56,713 bases of DNA from Acidobacteriota bacterium (GTDB taxonomy: Bacteria > Acidobacteriota > Thermoanaerobaculia > Multivoradales > J023), in the NCBI GenBank assembly GCA_038747035.1, contig JBCDKB010000003.1:1-56713 (forward strand). Direction: 5' to 3'. This document shows, piece by piece, positions 8,872 to 17,099 of this stretch. The number at the start of each line of letters is the position of its first letter. Within the stretch, counting starts at the first letter, position 1. The notes under the pieces were generated by a model. The model was not told the origin of the DNA and made no database searches. It saw only the letters and a program-made list of their open reading frames with translations. A program made the translations under genes and the position numbers.

Positions 8872-10295
8872 TTTCTGCCCTCCGACGTCAGTTTATGCCA
8901 CCGCCACACCCGCTCGACGAGCGTTCGTCGCTGGTCCGGTCGCGGGCGGATGTCGTGATTGAGCAGGCAGGCGAAGAAGATCGGATCCTCGGCGGGTCCG
9001 AGGCGACCGGCGAGGCCCAGCGTGTGGCTGAGGGTGCCGGTCTTGGCGCGCGTGCCGGGCGGCAGGGCCGGCCACGCCCGCAAGGTGCCGGCGCCGGGTC
9101 GGGCGAGGGCGTCGAAATACGCCGTGCGCCAGGCTTGGCGGTGGGCCCATTGCAGGACATCGACCACGGCGCGGGGGGTCCACAGGTTGAGGAGCGAAAG
9201 CCCCGAGGCGTCGTCCAGGTGGACCGCGTCCGGGTCGAGGCCCACCTCCTTTTCGAGGAAGGTCTCGAGCCAGCGGACGCCGTCCCCCGCGCGTCCGGCT
9301 TCGGCCTGCTCCGCGGCGAGGATGCGGAGCAGCATGTCCGCGACCCAGTTATCGGAGTCGGTGAGGATCGGCCGGAGCCAGTCGCCCACGGGCGGCGAGT
9401 CGAGGGACGCCACCACGCGCTCGCCGCGCTCGGCTCGCCGTCCGGGGACGAGTCGAGTCTCACCCTCGACGGTGACCCCCGCCGCGCGGAGGGCGTCCCG
9501 GAAGGCCGAGGCGGCCCGTTGCTCACCGTCGGCGACGGCGAGGGGCACTCGGTAGGTGGGCTCGCTGATCGGGTACTCGCCGCGGACCACGATCCGTCCG
9601 TCGTCCCAGGCGGCTTGGAAGTCGACCGTGCCCCGGTCCCGGCGGTCCGCCGGGGCGGTGACGGTGAGGTTCACGACGGTGACCCCTTCGGCGACGAATC
9701 GGGCCGGCGCTCCGACCGCCGGCCCGGGGGACATCTCGAGCTGGACCGTATTCGCGTCGACGGCGAGGCCGCCGGTGGCGGCGCCGAAACCGAAGGCGAG
9801 GTCGCCGATCGGCCGTGAGCTCGGGGTCGGCCGGCCGGGGAAGCGGGAAAGGTCGACGACCAGGTCGCCGTCGACCCGCTCGAGACCGGTGCCACGGACC
9901 GCACGGGCGAGGCGCCCCAAAGGCTCGCCGGCGCCGCCGTCAAAGAAAGTTTCGCTCCAGGTCGGGTCGCCGGCGGCGGCGAGGATGAGATCACCGCGTA
10001 GGACCCCGTCGGCGCCGACGGGGCCCGCCGCGATCACCCGGGTCGTGACGCGGTAGTCGGCCCCGAGGCTGTGGAGGGCCGCCGCCGTGACGGCGAGCTT
10101 GTGGACCGACGCCGGTGTCTTGCGGCGGTCCGGCGCCGTGGCTTCGAGCACCCGGTCACCGCGCGCCGCCAGGCAGCCGAGCTCGCCCCCGGGACCGGCG
10201 GCGAGCGACTGCGTGGAGTTAAGGGCCAGGAAGAGGGCGAGCAGGGCGCCGCGGGCGACGGCGCGCCGGGCGCCCCGGAGATGACGTTCCCTCAC
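8868..10295 (-). CDS. dacB: D-alanyl-D-alanine carboxypeptidase/endopeptidase (peptidase S13, PBP4)
   Basis: Signal peptide; PASVHK (SxxK), GDPT, SDN (SxN), DASGLS and AKTGTL. Confidence 0.92.
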   Translation of the reverse strand: MRERHLRGARRAVARGALLALFLALNSTQSLAAGPGGELGCLAARGDRVLEATAPDRRKTPASVHKLAVTAAALHSLGADYRVTTRVIAAGPVGADGVLRGDLILAAAGDPTWSETFFDGGAGEPLGRLARAVRGTGLERVDGDLVVDLSRFPGRPTPSSRPIGDLAFGFGAATGGLAVDANTVQLEMSPGPAVGAPARFVAEGVTVVNLTVTAPADRRDRGTVDFQAAWDDGRIVVRGEYPISEPTYRVPLAVADGEQRAASAFRDALRAAGVTVEGETRLVPGRRAERGERVVASLDSPPVGDWLRPILTDSDNWVADMLLRILAAEQAEAGRAGDGVRWLETFLEKEVGLDPDAVHLDDASGLSLLNLWTPRAVVDVLQWAHRQAWRTAYFDALARPGAGTLRAWPALPPGTRAKTGTLSHTLGLAGRLGPAEDPIFFACLLNHDIRPRPDQRRTLVERVWRWHKLTSEGRK

Positions 10296-10315
10296 AAACT
10301 CATCCGTTCAACGGC

Positions 10316-11263
10316 TTAGACCTTGATCCGGGCGAGCAGCTGGTTGATCGTCACCGAGCTCTGCATGACGTAGAAGTGGACCGACGGGACGCCCTTGTCG
10401 ATCAGCTCCTGGGCCTGGGCGAGCGCCCACTCGACGCCAATATCCCGGACGTCGCCCTTCTTCGCTTTGGCCACTTCGTCGGCGAGGGCGGCGGGGATCT
10501 CACAGTGGAAGGCGCGGGGTATCGAGCGCAGGTGACGCTTGCGATCGATCACCTTCAAGCCGGGGATGATCGGCACGTCGACACCCTCCGCCCGACACAT
10601 GTCGACGAAGCGGAAGTAGTGATTGTTGTCGAAGAACATCTGGGTGACGATGTAGTCGGCCCCCGCGTCGACCTTCTTCTTCACCCAGCGGACGTCGTTG
10701 AGCAGGTTCGGGGACTCGAAATGCTTCTCGGGGTAGCCGGACACACCGATGCAGAAGCTCGCTTTGTCGGCGTCGAGCAGGTCTTCCACGTACTCGCCGC
10801 GGTTCATGGCGGCGACCTGGGCGACCAGCTCACTGGCGTCGATATTGCGCGTCCGGCCGTGGTCGAGGCGCTTTTTATAGCCCGAGTCGTCGCCGCGGAT
10901 GGCGAGCACATTGTCGATGCCGAGGTAGCGCAGCTCGATCAGGAAATCTTCGGTCTCTTGCCGCGTGAAGCCTTGGCAGAGCACGTGGGGCACGGCGTCG
11001 ATGTTGTATTTGTTTTGGATCAGGGCGCAGACGCCGAGCGTCCCGGGGCGCTTGCGCTTGACGCGGCGGCGGATGCCGTCGGCGGTCTCCTCGTAGTTGA
11101 CCTCCGCGGCGTGGCTGGTGATGTCGATAAACGGCGGTCGGTGTTGGACTAGGTCTTCGATCAGGGTCAACAGGCCGCGGAGATTGCCGCCGCGCAGGGG
11201 CGGGATAATCTCGAAGCTGATCAGCGGGCTATCGGCGTTGTCGAGGTGTTCGGTAACTTTCAT
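10316..11263 (-). CDS. metF: Methylenetetrahydrofolate reductase
   Basis: SFEIIPP, VPHVLC, LAIRGD, GYPEKH, KVDAGADYIVTQMFFD, PIIPG, VHFY; ATG at 11263 with GAGG upstream. Confidence 0.93.
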   Translation of the reverse strand: MKVTEHLDNADSPLISFEIIPPLRGGNLRGLLTLIEDLVQHRPPFIDITSHAAEVNYEETADGIRRRVKRKRPGTLGVCALIQNKYNIDAVPHVLCQGFTRQETEDFLIELRYLGIDNVLAIRGDDSGYKKRLDHGRTRNIDASELVAQVAAMNRGEYVEDLLDADKASFCIGVSGYPEKHFESPNLLNDVRWVKKKVDAGADYIVTQMFFDNNHYFRFVDMCRAEGVDVPIIPGLKVIDRKRHLRSIPRAFHCEIPAALADEVAKAKKGDVRDIGVEWALAQAQELIDKGVPSVHFYVMQSSVTINQLLARIKV

Positions 11264-11436
11264 GGCAACCTCATCGGGGCACTGCGATGTCGGCGAGTAG
11301 AAATTCAAAAGTGAGAGGGGTGGGCTACACGTCGGCGTCTCGGCCGCCGAGGCGTCAGCCGTCCTCGGATACTATCTCCCGCCCGCGGTCGTCGCCGCGG
11401 GTTGCCGTGACGATTCCGTGACGCCAGAATGTAGCC

Positions 11437-13146
11437 GTGAGTGATCCCCCCAAGACCGCCCCGACGCCGCGCCGGACCGCCGCCCGCAGCGGCGTGGAAC
11501 CCGCCGCGGGGTCCGCCAAAGCTCGAGAGATCGGGCCGATCGAGCGGCACGGCGCGCTGGTGCTCGCGGTGATCGCCGTCGGCCTGGCGTTTGTCGCGCT
11601 CACCGAGGCCACGTCGTGGGCGCAGCACCGCCGCGGACTGGTCCAGTTGATGGACGACGCCGGCCTGTCGGAATCGGCGGCGGTGCGGCGTATCGAGCGG
11701 GAAGGGACGCCCCACCACGCCAAGCTGCTGACCGCCCGGGCCTTGATCTACAGCTTGATGTCGACCGCCGACGGCGACCGCCGCCGTGAGCTCGCCGCCC
11801 AGCTCCCCGAGGCGAGGGGTCTCGCCGGGCAGGTGCTCAAGGCGCAGCCGAATAGCTGGCAGGCCGCGATGCTGCTCGGCACGGCCGTCTATCTCGAGCG
11901 GTCCATCGGCCGCGACGAGCGGCTTTATACCGAGGCCCGGGATTGGGAAGCCCCGCTGCTTAAGGCGGTGCGTGATGCGGAGGGGCACCCGGAACCCCGG
12001 CGGCTCCTGGCGACGGCCTACCTGGAGGTGTGGCACGCCCTGTCCCCGGACAAGCGGGAGCACGCGCGGGCGCTGCTCAAGCAGGTCTTCGCCGATGACG
12101 TTCGCGCTTTCCAAGCCCTGTCGCCGGCGTGGTTCGAGCTCGGACTGTCGCTCGACGAGAGCCTCGAGATCGTGCCGGAGGTCCCCCAGGCGTGGGCGTC
12201 GCTGACGCGCTCCTTCGCCGACCGGAAGCGCCACAGCGCGTTCATCGTCGCCCACCGCCGCTACCTCGATGCGCTCGAGTCGACGCTCGAGGAGCGCAAG
12301 GCGGACGCCGAGTTGCGGCTTCGGCTCGGCGACTATTACGAAAGCCGCTCGATGTTCTTGCGCCTGCTGCAAGAAGCGCCGCCGTCCATGCGTTTCTTGC
12401 CGATCGCCAGCCGTTCGCTGGAGCTTTACCCGCCGGGCCTGCACGGTATCTCGTCGACCGATTCGCTCGGCGAGTGGGTGGACTGGGCGCTCGAGCTCGC
12501 GCGGCTCGACATCCGGACCTTCTCGCCCCAGGCCATGGGTCGTCTCCTCGACGCCATGGGTGAGATCGAACCGGAGAAAGCCGCCCAGATGGCGCTGCTG
12601 GCGGAGGAGCCTTACCAAGCCGAGCGCTTCGAAAAGCTCGCCCAGCCGCTGACGCTGGTGTCGTGGGCGCCTTACGTGATCGCAAAAGCGAAGCGGCAGG
12701 CCGCAGACGGCGACGGCCTCGGGGCCCGCGATTCCCTGGCGCAGGTCGGAATAGCGAAGCGCGAAGAGTTGCCTTACCTCATCGCCTCGCGCCTCGCGGC
12801 GTCCGCCGTCGGTGACCTGCCGGCGGAGGCGGAGGCCAGGGCCCGGCTCGAGGAGGAGAGGAGCCGAGCCTGGGACACTCTGAAATGGCGCTGGCGTCGC
12901 GGGCGTCCGACGCTCGAGATGTTGCCGCGGGGAGAGGGGGCGAGGCTCGATATCGAAATCCTCGACGCCGACAGCACCGGCGGCGTGGTCGAGGTCCGTT
13001 TCGACGGGGCGACCGTGGCGCTGCAGTCGGTTTACGCCGGCCAACGACTCACGCTCGATCTCCAGGTCGACTCGCGGCCGCACCTGCTCGAGATCCAACC
13101 GGTGTCCGGCGGCAATGTCTCCCCGGGCCGCGTGACCCTCCGCTAG
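11437..13146 (+). CDS. Hypothetical membrane-anchored helical (TPR-like) protein with a C-terminal beta-rich domain
   Basis: Long ORF with typical high-GC codon usage; one N-terminal TM helix; converges on, and overlaps by 4 nt, the O-antigen ligase gene. Confidence 0.7.
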   Translation: MSDPPKTAPTPRRTAARSGVEPAAGSAKAREIGPIERHGALVLAVIAVGLAFVALTEATSWAQHRRGLVQLMDDAGLSESAAVRRIEREGTPHHAKLLTARALIYSLMSTADGDRRRELAAQLPEARGLAGQVLKAQPNSWQAAMLLGTAVYLERSIGRDERLYTEARDWEAPLLKAVRDAEGHPEPRRLLATAYLEVWHALSPDKREHARALLKQVFADDVRAFQALSPAWFELGLSLDESLEIVPEVPQAWASLTRSFADRKRHSAFIVAHRRYLDALESTLEERKADAELRLRLGDYYESRSMFLRLLQEAPPSMRFLPIASRSLELYPPGLHGISSTDSLGEWVDWALELARLDIRTFSPQAMGRLLDAMGEIEPEKAAQMALLAEEPYQAERFEKLAQPLTLVSWAPYVIAKAKRQAADGDGLGARDSLAQVGIAKREELPYLIASRLAASAVGDLPAEAEARARLEEERSRAWDTLKWRWRRGRPTLEMLPRGEGARLDIEILDADSTGGVVEVRFDGATVALQSVYAGQRLTLDLQVDSRPHLLEIQPVSGGNVSPGRVTLR

Positions 13147-14729
13147 CCGGACCCGCCGCCGCGCTGGGCCTTTTCGCTCACTTCCCCGAGCGGCGTCGCG
13201 TCTTTGTCCCGGTCCATGAAAACGGTCAAGCCGGTGGTCTTGCGGGTTCGACTTTCGAGCGTCGGCGTGCCGAGGGCGAGGCCGACCACGATGGCGAGGG
13301 CGAAGGCGTTGGCGGGAATCGTCAGCCCGAAGTCGAGGAAAGAGTGCAGCAGGGCCGCCGTCGAGGCGCCGAGGACGCCGAGCGCCCCGGCGCGATCTTC
13401 GGAGCGGCGGCCCCGGCGGTGGACCTTGAACAGGCGGGAGTAGAGGGCCCACAGGGCGAGCGGCAGCAGCACCCAGCCGACGACGCCGACGGTGACCAAA
13501 AGCTCGATGATGTCGGAGTGGGCGTGGTGCCAGGTGCCCTTGAGCGACTCGGGTTGGACCAAGGGGAACGCCTGCCGGAACGTTCCGAGGCCGGTGCCGG
13601 TCACCGGCGAGGTCCACCACAGCTCGAGGCTCGAGATCCAGGCGAAGATACGGGCGTTCCAGGTCACGTCATAGATCGACGTCTCGAGCCACCGCGCCAG
13701 GCCGCGCTGCCAGCCGAAGGCGGCGAGGCCGCCCAAGCCGAGGGCAAGCGGCGCGAGGGCCAAGGCCATCATCTGCCAGCGGCGGTGGCGGCGGGCGACG
13801 ATGACGCCTTGACACGTCAACGCACCGACCGCCGCCAGCAGGCCGGCGCGGGAGCCGCTGAAGGCGATACCCACGAAGAGCAGCGAGAAAGCGATCACCG
13901 GCAAGGCCAGGCGCCACAGGCGATTCTCAAACGCCTCCTTGCCTTCGAGCGCCCGCCGCGCCGCCCATAAAAGCCAAGCGGCGGCGCAGGTCATGCCGAT
14001 GGCGGCGAAGAGGGCGAAATGGTCCGGGTTGACGAAGGTGCCGCGCAGGCGCCCCGGCTCCCCCGGGACGTCCACCGACCAGATTTCAGATCGCCGGGAG
14101 AGCCAGCGGTCGGCGCCGTAGGCGATCTGGGCCATGCCGGAAAGCACCAGCGTGACCACCAGGACGCGCCGGGCGCCGCGCTCGCGACCTTGGAGACAGG
14201 CCGCCGCCAGGCATGCGGCAATCGCCATCCAGTGCAGGGCGACCTGCTGCGAGACCGCCGGCGACATGGACAGGGGAAGCAAGAAAGCCTCGCCCCGATC
14301 CGGGTCCACCAGCTGCCCCGCGTCGCGCCAGAGACCGGCGAGGCGGGGCGACAGGACCTGGGTGATGAATGCCGGCCAGGACAGGCTCTGGAGGAAGCCG
14401 ATCAGCGCCACGCCGGAGACGGCGAGCAGCGGCCACTGGGCCAGCCGCAGGTGAACCAGCTGCCGGTGCGCGTAGAGGGCGAGGGCGAAAGCGATGAAGG
14501 CACTGACCTGCAGCGCGGCCCGATCCCGGGGTAAGACGCCGCCGAAAGGCAGGGGGCCGAGGAAGAGAATGGCCGCAAGTATCGATGAACAAAGGGCAGA
14601 CGAGGCGCCGGAATGTCGTATCATCCGGCCCAAGTAGGCGATCCACGACGAGATTTTGCGCTCCGCCGCTTGGCGGGACGCCGCCGCGGTCGAAGCGGAT
14701 TTTCGGCGAGACGTGGATCTTTGCGACAC
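13143..14729 (-). CDS. O-antigen ligase / Wzy polymerase family protein (start uncertain)
   Basis: Multiple TM helices; GTFVNPDHFA, SGSRAG, GTGLGTF, HAHSD, LHSFLDF. Confidence 0.9.
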   Translation of the reverse strand: MSQRSTSRRKSASTAAASRQAAERKISSWIAYLGRMIRHSGASSALCSSILAAILFLGPLPFGGVLPRDRAALQVSAFIAFALALYAHRQLVHLRLAQWPLLAVSGVALIGFLQSLSWPAFITQVLSPRLAGLWRDAGQLVDPDRGEAFLLPLSMSPAVSQQVALHWMAIAACLAAACLQGRERGARRVLVVTLVLSGMAQIAYGADRWLSRRSEIWSVDVPGEPGRLRGTFVNPDHFALFAAIGMTCAAAWLLWAARRALEGKEAFENRLWRLALPVIAFSLLFVGIAFSGSRAGLLAAVGALTCQGVIVARRHRRWQMMALALAPLALGLGGLAAFGWQRGLARWLETSIYDVTWNARIFAWISSLELWWTSPVTGTGLGTFRQAFPLVQPESLKGTWHHAHSDIIELLVTVGVVGWVLLPLALWALYSRLFKVHRRGRRSEDRAGALGVLGASTAALLHSFLDFGLTIPANAFALAIVVGLALGTPTLESRTRKTTGLTVFMDRDKDATPLGEVSEKAQRGGGSG

Positions 14730-14746
14730 GGAAAACGGAGAGTTCG

Positions 14747-16126
14747 ATGAAGTCGTTACTGCCCCCTACACCCCTATCGACACGGATTTTGCCCGGGCCC
14801 GGCGCGCTGGCGGCCGGACCACCGCGGGCCGAGCGCCTGGCGTCGCGGTGGCTGTCGTGCGCGTTGGTATTCGCGGTGGGGTTGCTCGGGGTGGCTCAGG
14901 CGAGCGCGCAGTATATCCCCGACATCGGCGCGGTCGAGGGCGCCGAGATCCCCGCCGAAGAGAAACTCGACCAGGCCTATGACGAGGCCCGCTGGCGCCT
15001 CGGGACCCTCAAGATCGAGCCGTTCATCGGCCTCCGGGACGCGTCCATCGTCAGCAACCAAGATCCCCAGAATCCGGACGACGACGACACCGACTTCACC
15101 GCCACCGTCGGCGCCGGCTTGCGCCTTTACGCCAAGCCGAGCTCGAAGGTGATTTTCGCCGCACACGCGCTTCCGGACTACGTGTGGTGGCAGGATGACT
15201 CGGACCGGAGTCGGCTGAATGTCAATCTCGGCCTCGGCGTCTTTGGGCACTTGAACCGCGTCAACTTCGAGGTGTCCGCCCGCCGCATCGAGCAGCAGCG
15301 TTTCTTTTCGAGCGAAGTGCCGATTCTCTCGACGACCGAGCGCGACCTGGTCAAGGCGGCGATCGAGTTCGAAGTCTCCCGGGGCATTAGGGTCTACGCC
15401 GTCGCCCGCGATCTCGAGGTGACGTCGAGCGATGAAGACGCGCCGCTCTTTGCCCGGGTCGACCGGGAAGAGCAGCGCGTCGCCGTCGGCATTCGACTCG
15501 AGAGTCGTCGCGGCCTGTGGGCCGACGTCGCCTACGAAGATAGCGAAGTCGAATTCGCGCCGACGGCGCGTCCGCTGTCGAATGAGGGCACCACGATCGG
15601 CGTCGCCGTGGGCCTGGATAGGAACCGGTTCAGCGGCTCGGTGCGCGTGGCCTTTCGCGACCTCGAGCCCCTCGGCGCCGACTCGATCTTCGTGCCGCTC
15701 GACGACGTCACCGGCAGCGCCGAGCTCCTGTGGCAGCCGCGGAGAAACCTCGGCTTCGTCGCTTTTGCGCGTCGTGGCCAAAGCTACGCGCTGGACTTAG
15801 ACCAGAGCTACTTCATCGCCGATCGCTACGGCCTGACCGCCCGTTTCGGCCTCGGCCAGGCCTACTTCCAAGTGACCGGCGCCGTCGGCGAAGACGACTA
15901 TGAAAGCGCCGTCGGCTCGGACCGTCTCGATGACGTCGAAGAAGTGAGCGCGGTGCTGGCGGTGCCGGTCCGGGACCTGCTGGTGATCTCGCTCCAGGGT
16001 TCGATCACCGAGTACGACTCCAACCTCCCCGGCTTTGACCGCGACGTCACCGCCTACGGCGTCAATATCCAGCTCGGCAGCATCGCCGAGAAACTGCGCT
16101 TGGGACGCGTCGGCGGCGATTGGTGA
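14747..16126 (+). CDS. Outer-membrane beta-barrel protein associated with polysaccharide export
   Basis: GGAG RBS; signal peptide ending ASA|Q; many amphipathic beta-strands; directly upstream of the OPX and Wzc genes. Confidence 0.75.
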   Translation: MKSLLPPTPLSTRILPGPGALAAGPPRAERLASRWLSCALVFAVGLLGVAQASAQYIPDIGAVEGAEIPAEEKLDQAYDEARWRLGTLKIEPFIGLRDASIVSNQDPQNPDDDDTDFTATVGAGLRLYAKPSSKVIFAAHALPDYVWWQDDSDRSRLNVNLGLGVFGHLNRVNFEVSARRIEQQRFFSSEVPILSTTERDLVKAAIEFEVSRGIRVYAVARDLEVTSSDEDAPLFARVDREEQRVAVGIRLESRRGLWADVAYEDSEVEFAPTARPLSNEGTTIGVAVGLDRNRFSGSVRVAFRDLEPLGADSIFVPLDDVTGSAELLWQPRRNLGFVAFARRGQSYALDLDQSYFIADRYGLTARFGLGQAYFQVTGAVGEDDYESAVGSDRLDDVEEVSAVLAVPVRDLLVISLQGSITEYDSNLPGFDRDVTAYGVNIQLGSIAEKLRLGRVGGDW

Positions 16127-16247
16127 TCTCGGGTGCCACGTCGCTCCGGCAGAGAGTCTGGAAATCTCATTGATTCAGTCAGTTACGGCCCGCACGACGT
16201 CGGGGTGGCGTTGGCGCCGCGGACGATGCTGGTATAGCCTAGGCGGG

Positions 16248-17099
16248 ATGAGTGTGATCGGGATTTCTCGCGCCGCAACGATGCTCATTGCGGCTTTCGT
16301 ATTTCACGTGACCCTGGCGGAGGTGGTGTGGGCCCAAGAGGGCCGATACCGCGTCGGGCCGCGTGATCGCCTGCAGGTGCGGGTTGACGAATTGCCGAGC
16401 CTCGACTCGGAACAAGAGGTGGCGGACGACGGCACGATCACCCTCGAAGTGATCGGAAGCCTGCAAGCCCAAGGACTTTCGGAGCGTGAGCTGGCCCAGC
16501 GCATCCGCGACCGGTTGCTCGAAGAAGGTCTGCGCAAGGCCACCGTGACGGTGTCGGTCAGCGAATACCGCTCGCGTCCGGTGGCGATCATGGGCGCGGT
16601 AGAAGACCCCGGGAACCACAACGTCCCCGGCCGCTCGACGCTGCTCGAGGTGCTGCTCGGCGCCGGCGGGCTCTCGGCGGAGCACGGGAGCACTGTGCAG
16701 GTGCGGCGTCGTGCGGATAACGGCCTGACCGACCAGGTGTCGATTTCGGTCCGGGATCTCGTCGAGCTCGGAGATCCGGCGGTCAATATTCCGATCTACG
16801 CCGGCGATCTCATCAACGTCCCGCCGGTCCGCGACGTGGTGATCAACATTCTCGGCGCCGTCTCCAGCGTCGGCAGCCACACCTTCAAAGGCACCCAGCG
16901 GGTGACGCTGCTCACCGCCATCGCCCGCGCCGGCGGCCTCTCGGAGGAAGCCTCCAACAAGATTCGAATTAAGCGCCAGGACGAAAACGGCGAGTGGAGC
17001 GAGGTCGTTGTCGACTGGAAGCGCCTCTTGGCCGGCAAGATCCCCGATCCGCCGCTCCAAGATGGCGATCTGGTGGTGGTCAAGGAGTCGTTTTTCTAA
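16248..17099 (+). CDS. wza: Polysaccharide export (OPX/Wza-like) protein: Poly_export plus two SLBB domains
   Basis: YRVGPRDRL, VADDGTITL, GAVEDPG, AIARAGG, LQDGDLVVV. Confidence 0.88.
   Translation: MSVIGISRAATMLIAAFVFHVTLAEVVWAQEGRYRVGPRDRLQVRVDELPSLDSEQEVADDGTITLEVIGSLQAQGLSERELAQRIRDRLLEEGLRKATVTVSVSEYRSRPVAIMGAVEDPGNHNVPGRSTLLEVLLGAGGLSAEHGSTVQVRRRADNGLTDQVSISVRDLVELGDPAVNIPIYAGDLINVPPVRDVVINILGAVSSVGSHTFKGTQRVTLLTAIARAGGLSEEASNKIRIKRQDENGEWSEVVVDWKRLLAGKIPDPPLQDGDLVVVKESFF

Noticed and set aside
11264-11436. SAM or SAH riboswitch upstream of metF
   Set aside because: Hairpins are present, but I could not find the SAM-I (AUC..GAG/GCAAC/GAU arrangement) or SAH (GAGGAGCGCUGC) cores.
11305-13620. 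771-aa minus-strand ORF, and similar long antisense ORFs (16239-18311, 18477-19946, 27080-28492, 41225-42466, 55086-56351)
   Set aside because: These are shadow frames of well-supported genes in high-GC DNA, with no recognisable motifs.
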